This document shows, piece by piece, positions 1-8,620 of a DNA stretch of 64,000 nt. Both the position numbers and the translations under genes were made by a program. The DNA is from Candidatus Heimdallarchaeota archaeon (GTDB taxonomy: Archaea; Asgardarchaeota; Heimdallarchaeia; Hodarchaeales; Hodarchaeaceae), in assembly GCA_048881705.1 (NCBI GenBank), contig JBHLSH010000002.1, forward strand, positions 1 to 64,000, in the 5' to 3' direction. Numbering within the stretch: position 1 is the first letter of the stretch; each line of letters opens with the position of its first letter. Below the pieces are notes generated by a model. The model was not told the DNA's origin, searched no databases, and saw only the letters and a list, made by a program, of their open reading frames with translations.

Positions 1-65
1 TTGCTTAAACCAGTACCATTGTCAATTACTAGCGGTTTACCAGTGATTCCTTCAGCTACAGACAT
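1..65 (-). CDS. Actin-family protein (Asgard actin-like), N-terminal fragment running off the window edge
   Basis: Reverse complement of 1-65 translates to MSVAEGITGKPLVIDNGTGLS(K), matching the actin/ARP phosphate-1 motif (LVIDNGSGxxK). Absent from the ORF track because it is truncated. An in-frame upstream ATG exists at 110. Confidence 0.85.
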   Translation of the reverse strand, partial: MSVAEGITGKPLVIDNGTGLS

Positions 66-108
66 GTTTATCGCCTTTGTTCTATTTGTTGTATAATTCG
101 AATTGAGC

Positions 109-117
109 ATATATATA
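109..117 (-). promoter_or_regulatory. TATA-like box upstream of the actin-like gene
   Basis: TATATATAT on the minus strand, 44-52 nt upstream of the ATG at 65; an alternative TTATA lies near 92-97. Confidence 0.4.
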
Positions 118-124
118 CCATATC

Positions 125-168
125 TTGACCGAAACGATCAATGCAATCTCATACACCGTTTCGGTCAA
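125..168. repeat. Perfect 12-bp inverted repeat with 20-nt spacer
   Basis: TTGACCGAAACG (125-136) and CGTTTCGGTCAA (157-168). Confidence 0.85.
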
Positions 169-482
169 ATCTGGAGTCAGTACTCAACGAAAGCAAGAGA
201 TCCATGGCTTTTCTAATTTAAAAATCTAACCTTTCGACAAAAAAAAACTAAAACCAGTGTTAAATATCCTCTATTTGTGCAAAGGAGTTCTCTTCGACCT
301 AGCTTACACATTTAAGTGTCAATGTGGTGATAATTGGCAAACCTACGAGTCTTAAAATTGCGAACCTGCACAATGCCCATATGCCACCCGAAACGCTCCG
401 CTTTGGGTACCCGATCAGTGGCCATATTTCACTTTGCTTGCTAAAAGCTGTTCGAGATCGATCGTGAAAAACTCCCAACATA

Positions 483-1700
483 CTAGAGTGTTGAGACAGG
501 GGTGTCTTGTGATTTAGACCGGCTTTCCAACTTATCTATTCGGTAAATAATAAAAATAATAACAAATGTTCCAACGAACGTAATGATCAGGAGAGGAGAA
601 TAGCCAATTATGGGAAAAAGAAATCCTCCAATAGCAGCAGTTGGAACCCATCCCATTCGAGTTAAGAAAGCGAGAATTCCGTAATTAGTTGACGGTGCCG
701 ACTGATCCACGGCAATAAAACTTATGGTAGTAGATGGCCGCCAAAAAGCAACACTAATTCCTAGACCTGCATAAGCTATTATCAATAATTCTTGGGCCAT
801 TGAGGGAATGTTAACAGCTGATAATACGAATAAAATCCAAATCATTCCAGTAAGTTCTCCCATTAGCAGTCCAATGATTCGTCCAAGTCTGTCAACCAAA
901 AAACCTGCAGGATATTGAAGAAGAACGATTAAAAATGTTTGTACAAGCATTAAGCTTGCAATAAAGCTTGTAGATACTCCAAACAAGATGATAAATATTC
1001 CATTCGCAATTGATAATGGTATCCCCCATGAGAAAGCATCCAGTATGAAAGCAATAACCGTCAGTCTAGAGATTGGCTCATTAATAATTCTGCGTAGAGG
1101 TATTTCAATATTTTTGCGGTTAGATTTTATGTCTCTAAGTATGATCAGGTTAAGAATTACAGATAGGGCAAATATAACCAAAGATGCTCGAAAATGGTAA
1201 ATAAACTGATTACTACCCTCAATTTGGATAAGTAAGGAAGCAATCATCCCCGCGATGGAGCTGGAATTATAAATCAATGAAAAGGCTAATCCCCTTCTTT
1301 TTGTAGATGATTCATGAATTAACCCTTGTAAGGGGGAGTCGTAAAGTCCAGTTCCGAGGTTGAAAATGACAATGCTCAGAACGAGAGAAAGGTTTTCAGG
1401 GGGAAGAAAGGCAAGCCCAACAAGGCCAAGAAAGCTTAAAAGTTCTCCAAGGATAATCAGATTCTTTCGTCCATATCTATCAGCAGAGAATCCAAGGAGA
1501 AGGGGCAAGACTGCTGATAGGGTACCTAGGGAAACGATAAAACCCAATATATTCGCTGTATCAGTCCCTGTGCCGTATATTGACAATAAAAATGGCTGTA
1601 TCTCAACAAAAAAAACAATGTTCACAAATCCCCAAAGAAAATGCGATATTGTGAGCGTGACAATGTTTAAACTCTGCATGTTTATTCTAGGACTGGACAT
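483..1700 (-). CDS. MFS transporter
   Basis: About 12 hydrophobic segments; MFS motif A in both halves (GFSADRYGRK, GFLVDRLGR). Probable start MSSPRI at 1700; the ORF is open to 1730. Confidence 0.9.
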   Translation of the reverse strand: MSSPRINMQSLNIVTLTISHFLWGFVNIVFFVEIQPFLLSIYGTGTDTANILGFIVSLGTLSAVLPLLLGFSADRYGRKNLIILGELLSFLGLVGLAFLPPENLSLVLSIVIFNLGTGLYDSPLQGLIHESSTKRRGLAFSLIYNSSSIAGMIASLLIQIEGSNQFIYHFRASLVIFALSVILNLIILRDIKSNRKNIEIPLRRIINEPISRLTVIAFILDAFSWGIPLSIANGIFIILFGVSTSFIASLMLVQTFLIVLLQYPAGFLVDRLGRIIGLLMGELTGMIWILFVLSAVNIPSMAQELLIIAYAGLGISVAFWRPSTTISFIAVDQSAPSTNYGILAFLTRMGWVPTAAIGGFLFPIIGYSPLLIITFVGTFVIIFIIYRIDKLESRSKSQDTPVSTL

Positions 1701-2157
1701 AGTAGTAGCACAGCTTACTAGGAGAACCATTTATGCAACTATTTCAATTTTTCAACTCCATGGAGCCTGCCCTCGAAGTGAGCGTAGTAAGAAACTTGGG
1801 AGATTTTTGGGGTTATAGCGAGGTTTTTCTGAGAGAATTCTTCATGCGTATTGGAGGCAGCATTTCTCCTAGGTGTCAATTCAAAGATATGGCGTGGCAG
1901 AACCCATGTTGATGGGAGAGACGATCAATAGGCCCTTATCTCCGCGTCGTGCGGGCGAAAAAAAAGAACCCGATTGATAAAGCAAAGCGAGTTATGGCGT
2001 GGGGCCGACCGCTGAGGGTATAGCATTTTTTATAGCATCCCAATTCAAGGAAGTTTACCATCCTGAAAGCCCCCCATCATACTCCTCAACCCATTTCGGA
2101 AGTCGGATCCAAGCTCTTGAGCTGGGAGACGATTCTTCTGAATGTTTAAATGGAATT

Positions 2158-3657
2158 ATGAGTAGGAAAGTGATACACATCAAACCTCAACTGACCGATA
2201 TTCAGTGGGACGCCATTATTGTTGGCGCTGGTATCATTGGTTGTTCTACAGCGTATCATATTAAAAAAAAGTCCCCGGAGTTGAATGTTCTCCTAATCGA
2301 TAAACAATCTTCCGCAGGTTACGGTAACTCCATTCACTCCACGGGAATGTACAGAAACGTATTCGAATCACCAACAAACAAGATGCTCACTGACTCTAGC
2401 ATCGGATTTTACAAGTATGTTGAGCGTGAGCTGGGTTTTGATCTCGGTTTGAAAGAGATAGGTTATCTTTTTCTGGAACCAAAAACAAGAGGAGAAACCC
2501 TTATTTCAAAGCTCAAGCAGTTAAGAATCGACCATGAGGTTTATTCCAGTGAGGATCTTGTGAAACTGTTACCTGGGATTAGAGTAAACTTTGATGCTGA
2601 AGATAATGCGATGAAAACAAAGTTAAATCCTATAAATATAGCATACGGCATTCTAGGTAAAAAATGTGGACGCTTGGATCCTTATTTAGTGGCAAAATTC
2701 TATGAAAATGAATTCAGGAAGGAAGGAGGGATAACCAGATACCGTATTGAGGTTACTAGTATCTTGTTGGGAGCAGCTGCTGAAGATTCTATCGAGACGA
2801 CTGAATTAAGAGATATATCGGAGACATCCTTCCCTGTTTGGATAAAGCCTAAAGTTCGAGGAATAACCTTTATTGATAAAAAGAAAGATGAGAGTAGATC
2901 TGATAATAGAAACGAAAGGAGGGGGAAAAGGAAAATAGAATCCACATTCCTCACAAAAAGCTTGATACTTTGTACAGGGGCATGGATAAATCAGTTATTG
3001 GATCCGATTGGAATAGACTCACAGATCAAACCGAAAAAACGGCAGTTATTTAATTTCTGCTATAAGAAGGATAGTTCTCGCTCAAAAGAATCACGTAAAA
3101 ACCTTTTAACATTGCTTAACAATGAGAACTTCAATGAATTGGGAACAATCCCTCTTATCATCCTTCCGATGGCAGGAATTCATATTAAACCTGAAAAAAA
3201 CGAGGGGTGTGTAACAATTGGATGTGCTGATAATATCGGACGACGCTTCGAACCAAGCATAGGAGTTAATGAGAAAGGCAGAGTAGTTCGAAGTTCGGCC
3301 TTAGATGAACCAATATGGGAAGAGGAATTCTATGTCCACTCTATTTTACCAATTCTCAACTTGTATTTTCCAAATATCTTCGGTCACTATTTAAGAAGTA
3401 GTGGAGGAGACGCTGGGTATTATGCAATATCTCCAGATGGATTTCCCGTTGTAGAAAAGGATAAGTCCTTGGGAAACTTGATTTATGTATCAGGTTTGAG
3501 TGGAAGTGGTATAATGAAGGCAGATGCCATAGGGCGTATTGTGGGAGCATTATTTGGAAATGAAGAAGAGGCCACATTGTATAATGGGGAGAAATTTAGG
3601 GTTTCAAACCTAGGAAAAGAACAGAGAAACATTCAACCAGAGACCATTATTCTTTAG
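2158..3657 (+). CDS. FAD-dependent oxidoreductase (DAO/glycine oxidase/sarcosine oxidase beta-like)
   Basis: Rossmann motif DAIIVGAGIIG, LILCTGAW, and C-terminal SPDGFPVV..GLSGSGIMKADAIG. Probable start ATG 2158; the ORF is open from 1999. Confidence 0.88.
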   Translation: MSRKVIHIKPQLTDIQWDAIIVGAGIIGCSTAYHIKKKSPELNVLLIDKQSSAGYGNSIHSTGMYRNVFESPTNKMLTDSSIGFYKYVERELGFDLGLKEIGYLFLEPKTRGETLISKLKQLRIDHEVYSSEDLVKLLPGIRVNFDAEDNAMKTKLNPINIAYGILGKKCGRLDPYLVAKFYENEFRKEGGITRYRIEVTSILLGAAAEDSIETTELRDISETSFPVWIKPKVRGITFIDKKKDESRSDNRNERRGKRKIESTFLTKSLILCTGAWINQLLDPIGIDSQIKPKKRQLFNFCYKKDSSRSKESRKNLLTLLNNENFNELGTIPLIILPMAGIHIKPEKNEGCVTIGCADNIGRRFEPSIGVNEKGRVVRSSALDEPIWEEEFYVHSILPILNLYFPNIFGHYLRSSGGDAGYYAISPDGFPVVEKDKSLGNLIYVSGLSGSGIMKADAIGRIVGALFGNEEEATLYNGEKFRVSNLGKEQRNIQPETIIL

Positions 3658-4120
3658 GGTTTTGGTTCGTGGTTATCATGCCCTAACGATGCCATCTATC
3701 CAGCATTCGGTGTCCCAAAGGCTTTTCCACCTTATTTGTTTTCTTGTTCGGCTAGCATTTCCGTCATTCCTTCTAGCACCTCTGGATGTCCCGCAAGACA
3801 AACTGGTTGAATTCCCGTAATAATAGGACTCAAAAAAGACTCAGATAATAGAGCAATTGTTTGACTGGAGACCTACCAGAATAACTCAACGAGTCCTTGA
3901 CTGATTCGAGTTTGTCTATTTTCTCTCTCTTATTATAAACAGAAGTTATGAATTCCAGGAGAGAATACAGACTAAGGATCATCAAAAGATGAATCCTGGA
4001 AAAAAAGATGTGAAAATCGCAGGATTAAGATTATAAAACGCCTGTTTTTTGAATCATCAAATCTCCGCTAGAAATACCGATGAGTTCGGTTCGTACAAGG
4101 TTAAAAAGAGGTTTGATGTC

Positions 4121-4600
4121 GTGTCATCACAAAACCAAATAACAGAAAATCCGTTTCTAAAGTACTCTTGGAAAGGACTTATCATTATGGGAATCATCAT
4201 GGTGGGGGAGTCCTTCCTTCAAATATCTTCAGCTTTCTTAGGTAATAATGAGTTTATCGAGAATTATACAGGTGTAAACTGGAATCAGTATGCGGCTGCA
4301 AATCCTGAAATGGCTGACTATTTACTTATGATTGGTCTACAATTTGGAGTTTTATTAGGTACTATCGGGCTATTCGGATGCGTTATCGCCTGGAAGGGGT
4401 TTAAAAAGCATGAAAAATGGGCTTGGTATACAATGTGGCTTTTTCCGATCAGTTTTGGGCTTATATCACTAATCTTTTTTGCTTCCATAAATAATATGCT
4501 AATTGCATGGGTATCGTCAGCTACATTCAGTTTAATAACCGCTATTATCATCCTTCTGCCCTATAAAGCGTTTTTCCCCCCCACCACTACAACTTCTTAA
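4121..4600 (+). CDS. Hypothetical membrane protein (about 4 TM)
   Basis: Four hydrophobic segments; GAGGT RBS-like sequence precedes GTG 4121; the ORF is open from 4049. Confidence 0.7.
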   Translation: MSSQNQITENPFLKYSWKGLIIMGIIMVGESFLQISSAFLGNNEFIENYTGVNWNQYAAANPEMADYLLMIGLQFGVLLGTIGLFGCVIAWKGFKKHEKWAWYTMWLFPISFGLISLIFFASINNMLIAWVSSATFSLITAIIILLPYKAFFPPTTTTS

Positions 4601-4854
4601 CTCTGATTAAGACGCCACACCAATTAAAGCATTCGGTTCCCTCACTGCAGCAGAGCGAAGATCTCCTTAAGTATCATGTTTGGTTTTGAAAAAAGAATCT
4701 CCATAAAGATCAAGAGATGCGAACTACAGCATCAGCTTAGATCTATGCGGTACCATTGTGTAACCAGGGGGATTTCTAATAACCAAACTGGTCTATCTAT
4801 ACATCATTGGGAGGTCTGGCCTTTTCTTCCTTTCAATAATTCCCTTGATTCGTA

Positions 4855-5235
4855 TTATTGTTTCACAAAGCTAGGAATGAGGGAAGTGCCTTCTAGGTAG
4901 ACAATCGCAACGAGGTAAACGAAATGAAATCCTGCTATAGTGAGACTGAAAAATGGGTCACCAATCTGAGCGACAACCTGATAAAGGTGGAAAAGAACAA
5001 CACCAACCTCCTGGATTACCAAAACCCAAAGAAAATCATGGTATTTGTCGGTGTCCAAAGATAGGACAAATACAAAAAGACCAAAGGTAATAGAAATCAA
5101 GTTGTATAGGAGGGGGACTGTAGCATCGGGATTAAACATTTCTGGAAGGAGAATAGATCCAATTCCTACCACCACATAATCTAATGTCACAACAGTGAGG
5201 ACAATTCGTAACCATCTTGATCGATCAAACGACAT
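4855..5235 (-). CDS. Small hypothetical membrane protein (about 4 TM)
   Basis: 126 aa, mostly hydrophobic, fills the gap between neighbouring genes. Confidence 0.7.
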   Translation of the reverse strand: MSFDRSRWLRIVLTVVTLDYVVVGIGSILLPEMFNPDATVPLLYNLISITFGLFVFVLSLDTDKYHDFLWVLVIQEVGVVLFHLYQVVAQIGDPFFSLTIAGFHFVYLVAIVYLEGTSLIPSFVKQ

Positions 5236-5526
5236 TTTAAATCTCTAAACAAGCGTTTGCATCGAGATATATCGCTTATGATGCGTTTTTCGTAAATCTG
5301 CTATTTTATTCAAAACCTGGTTTTTTCGAGCGATTAGGCGAGCTAAATCCGAGCATTCTTATGCTTATCATATCTATATCCCTCAGGGCGTTTTTGTTAA
5401 TTTACTGAACCCTATTGAATGACCCTTGGATTCATTCGGAGATAATTGACAAATCTTTTATATGGGAGGGCATCGAATTAGTGTACTGGTTTCATTATCA
5501 CGTTTCACAACACAGAGGTATCCAAA

Positions 5527-6555
5527 TTGACTAAAGAAGCTTCGCAGGAAAAACCACGATATAAGTTTGATTTGACGGATGGAATCGGCCGAGAGGATGC
5601 ATTTGCAATTATTTATGGGATAGGGCGAGCGATTCTTTTTATTCTGAAGATTATATTCTGGCCCCTTGTTTGGTTAGGGCGAATATTCAATCGATCTGTA
5701 AGATTTGCCCGGGTAAAGGATACAAAAGTTAGAAGACTAACCAGAGATGAACGACTATTTCTTGAAAGTATTCCGACGTTCTTCATACTTGCGGGCATAT
5801 TTATTGGAGGAATTATCGCCATAATTGAATTTTTCCTGGGTAGTGATGCCATAATTGAGTTCATTGAAGAAATTAGTCTAGACACGTTGATTGCAAGCAT
5901 CGCGTGGTGGTTGACATTTATTCTGGAGATTATTCTCACTATCATAGGCCTCGGTAACCATCATATGAACCTATCAATCGCAGGTTACAATATTTGGGTC
6001 GATGGAGAAGAACGCACTATCGGGATCATCGACTGGATCAGGGCGATATTTACATTTTTATTTGAGTTTGTGCAAAAGGACCCTATCGTACTTTTTCTCA
6101 CGATTGGAGCAATAGGAATAGGGGTCACCCTAGTATGGATCCTTGTATCCGAAACCGGAGCCGTCACATTTGTGGTTTCCAGATTTGTCACTCTGGTTCG
6201 TCAGGTGGTTGGCGCCCCAAGGGCTGTATATAATCAACTTAACGCTGCCTATCTGGGATTTAATACCCGTCTGAGTAGTTTTGTAATTGGAAGTAGACGT
6301 TTGGACCAAAGAAGTGTAGCATTTCATCGCAAGATACTGTTATTGACCTTGGGCTTAGGTTTGTATACGTTTGTGGGCGGCATCTTCGTAATTGCAACCC
6401 AGAATATCCAGGATCATGTTTTCTTCATAACCGTGATTCTAGTGATGCTTACAGCCTTTGGCCTTGGAATCGGTATTGTGGGGATGTTTATCATCGTAAG
6501 ATTGTTAGATAGGGTCTCTCGTGGAAAATACGACATGGCTCCCTCATCCACTTAA
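5527..6555 (+). CDS. Hypothetical polytopic membrane protein
   Basis: 342-aa ORF with about 6-7 TM segments, RBS-like GAGGT upstream, no recognisable family motif. Confidence 0.75.
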   Translation: MTKEASQEKPRYKFDLTDGIGREDAFAIIYGIGRAILFILKIIFWPLVWLGRIFNRSVRFARVKDTKVRRLTRDERLFLESIPTFFILAGIFIGGIIAIIEFFLGSDAIIEFIEEISLDTLIASIAWWLTFILEIILTIIGLGNHHMNLSIAGYNIWVDGEERTIGIIDWIRAIFTFLFEFVQKDPIVLFLTIGAIGIGVTLVWILVSETGAVTFVVSRFVTLVRQVVGAPRAVYNQLNAAYLGFNTRLSSFVIGSRRLDQRSVAFHRKILLLTLGLGLYTFVGGIFVIATQNIQDHVFFITVILVMLTAFGLGIGIVGMFIIVRLLDRVSRGKYDMAPSST

Positions 6556-6669
6556 TAAGTGCAGTTTTGCCCTCGTGTTACCTCAATAGTCTTCTACAGT
6601 TGGCGCGGCGGAGCACCCAACACACGATACCAGACTCTATTCCAGGAAGGTTCCCTTGCGAAGGCATCT

Positions 6670-8592
6670 ATGGTGACTGAACGTCTCTCAACAAAGTACC
6701 TCCTCGTAGGCATGTTATCTGTCCTTTTTTTTACGGCTTCGGCATATGGAGTTCAGAGAACCATACTAGCAACAGGGGCTGAAAGAAAGGTTCCGGTAAC
6801 TTCATGGTTTACGGGCTTTAACTGGATTTACATTGCCTTTACACTAGCAGGATTTGGGTTGTTTAAGTCAATCGCGGGATTTATGACGGGAGTTTCCACA
6901 AAACGATTTGGAACGCGGAATGTGATATTGGCAGGTTGTACTAGTTTTATCGTGGGGGGAGTTCCTCTAATATTCTCAGGTGGTAACCCAAGCCTCCTGG
7001 CAATTGGGAATAGCTTTTTGGGAGCAGGCGAAGGATTACTGTATGCTGCCGCAATGACATATCTCTCAGATATCACTCCCTTGACAAAAAGGGCTCAAGT
7101 TATGGGGATCATGGAATCCGCAGTTTATGGAGGGTACACGGTTGGCGCAATCTTAGCAGGACTACTAAGTACACTAATGGGAAACCCAGATGCATCTTTT
7201 CTATTTTCTTTCGTTGTAACCATCATTGCACTAATGCTTGCCTTGGGATCAATTAAAAAAACGCAAGTAAGTGAAACAGAGTCTCAGATTAGTCACCTGC
7301 GGACAGAAATCGAAATTCCAAAGGCGATCCCGGTTACAGATTTATTGATTCGACCCACTGTATTTGTTACCTTCATTGTAGGGCATATAAGCAAGATGGC
7401 AGACTCCATAATCGTTTTATTTCTTCCCATTGTCCTTAATAATGCAGTTTACGGATATGGTCTTAGCATAGAAGAAACTGGTCTGATAACAGGAGCATTT
7501 ACTTTGGCGTGGGCCCTTTCCATGCCCCTTTCTGGCTTACTTAGCGATTGGATCGGTCGGAAACGGCCGATATTGTTTGGACTCTTGCTTGAAGCTACGG
7601 CTCTGGTGGCATTGCAGTGGGGAATAGCTCCTTTTGTAGTCCTCCTTGGATTCGCTCTGCTTGGAGGTCTGGGTGTGGGATTATATTATCCCCTCCTCCC
7701 TTCAATTGCTGTTGATGTGGCTCCTGAGGATGAGAAAGCTCGTCTTATCGGTTGGTACCGTTCTGTAAAAGATTTGGGTTACTTCACAGGCCCTTTTATC
7801 GCAGGAATGATTGCACAGACTTGGTTCGATACGGGGGCCTCCTTGAAACTTGTTCTTGCCTTGCCGCTGGTTGTTGCCGCGTTTTTGTTGGTACTCGGCT
7901 CATTAATAGTATTATTGGCCCGCGAAACCCGGCCAGGATGGGCCCAGTTTCGTACGGTGCTTGTTCATGCCCAAACTGTGGAAAGTTCCGTAAAACAGGC
8001 TACAAGGGGACTCTTGGCTTATCTTGAGCAAAATGAGTATGAAGATCGAACGGAACTGGAGAAGCGTCTCTCTAATCATTCGCTCGTTGCGAAAAAACTC
8101 GAAGTGGAGGCAGATCGACAACTCGAAGAGATCGCAGTCCAAACGTTCCAGCGATTTCATAAAAGCCCAGATGCAGGTACATTTGTCAGAATCTCCAGGC
8201 GATTGGATAGAGTCGCAGGACTAACATTGGGCGCATTATATCGCCTCCAAGTCATTCCAATTGAGGATATCCCATCATTAATTCAAGAAAAACTCCATGA
8301 TGCGGCATATGCATTAAGATCATTGGTTGAAACAGCTGTAGACGGGCTCCAGGTACTGGAACTAAAATTGGATGCGGTTCCAGTGATCTATAGAACAATT
8401 CGAGAACGTGAAACGGAACTTGATCTATTATACCGAGTGATGAATAGGCAGCTGTATATTTCCGCCCATGAAATGCATTATGGTACCTGGTACGCGATCA
8501 GGGATGTGGTCAATATGATTGAAGAAGCCGCCGATTCCGCAGAGGATGCGGCGGAGGTCATGAACTTTTTGGCAATAAAATACAAGACGTAG
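6670..8592 (+). CDS. MFS transporter fused to a C-terminal DUF47/PhoU-like helical domain
   Basis: MFS motifs (GVSTKRFGTR, GLLSDWIGRKR), then ~210 aa with LEVEAD, ERETELDLLYR and IEEAADSAEDAAE, typical of DUF47. Probable start 6670; the ORF is open from 6559. Confidence 0.85.
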   Translation: MVTERLSTKYLLVGMLSVLFFTASAYGVQRTILATGAERKVPVTSWFTGFNWIYIAFTLAGFGLFKSIAGFMTGVSTKRFGTRNVILAGCTSFIVGGVPLIFSGGNPSLLAIGNSFLGAGEGLLYAAAMTYLSDITPLTKRAQVMGIMESAVYGGYTVGAILAGLLSTLMGNPDASFLFSFVVTIIALMLALGSIKKTQVSETESQISHLRTEIEIPKAIPVTDLLIRPTVFVTFIVGHISKMADSIIVLFLPIVLNNAVYGYGLSIEETGLITGAFTLAWALSMPLSGLLSDWIGRKRPILFGLLLEATALVALQWGIAPFVVLLGFALLGGLGVGLYYPLLPSIAVDVAPEDEKARLIGWYRSVKDLGYFTGPFIAGMIAQTWFDTGASLKLVLALPLVVAAFLLVLGSLIVLLARETRPGWAQFRTVLVHAQTVESSVKQATRGLLAYLEQNEYEDRTELEKRLSNHSLVAKKLEVEADRQLEEIAVQTFQRFHKSPDAGTFVRISRRLDRVAGLTLGALYRLQVIPIEDIPSLIQEKLHDAAYALRSLVETAVDGLQVLELKLDAVPVIYRTIRERETELDLLYRVMNRQLYISAHEMHYGTWYAIRDVVNMIEEAADSAEDAAEVMNFLAIKYKT

Positions 8593-8620
8593 AGGTCTAC
8601 GGAGAGCCGAATTCGAGATG

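Noticed and set aside
299-481. 60-aa minus-strand ORF between the MFS and actin-like genes
   Set aside because: No motif, atypical composition and it abuts the MFS stop; probably spurious. A short plus-strand Cys-containing frame (about 33 codons) here is also unsupported.
1818-2157. GC-richer intergenic stretch with repeated TATGGCGTGG as a possible ncRNA (RNase P or SRP RNA)
   Set aside because: The RNase P (GAGGAAAGUCC) and SRP consensus motifs were not found on either strand by eye; an Infernal/Rfam scan would be needed
3735-3920. Protein-like minus-strand frame interrupted by TAG (..LVELFW*VSSQTIALL..) as a pseudogene or readthrough case
   Set aside because: No start codon, short, and no family resemblance
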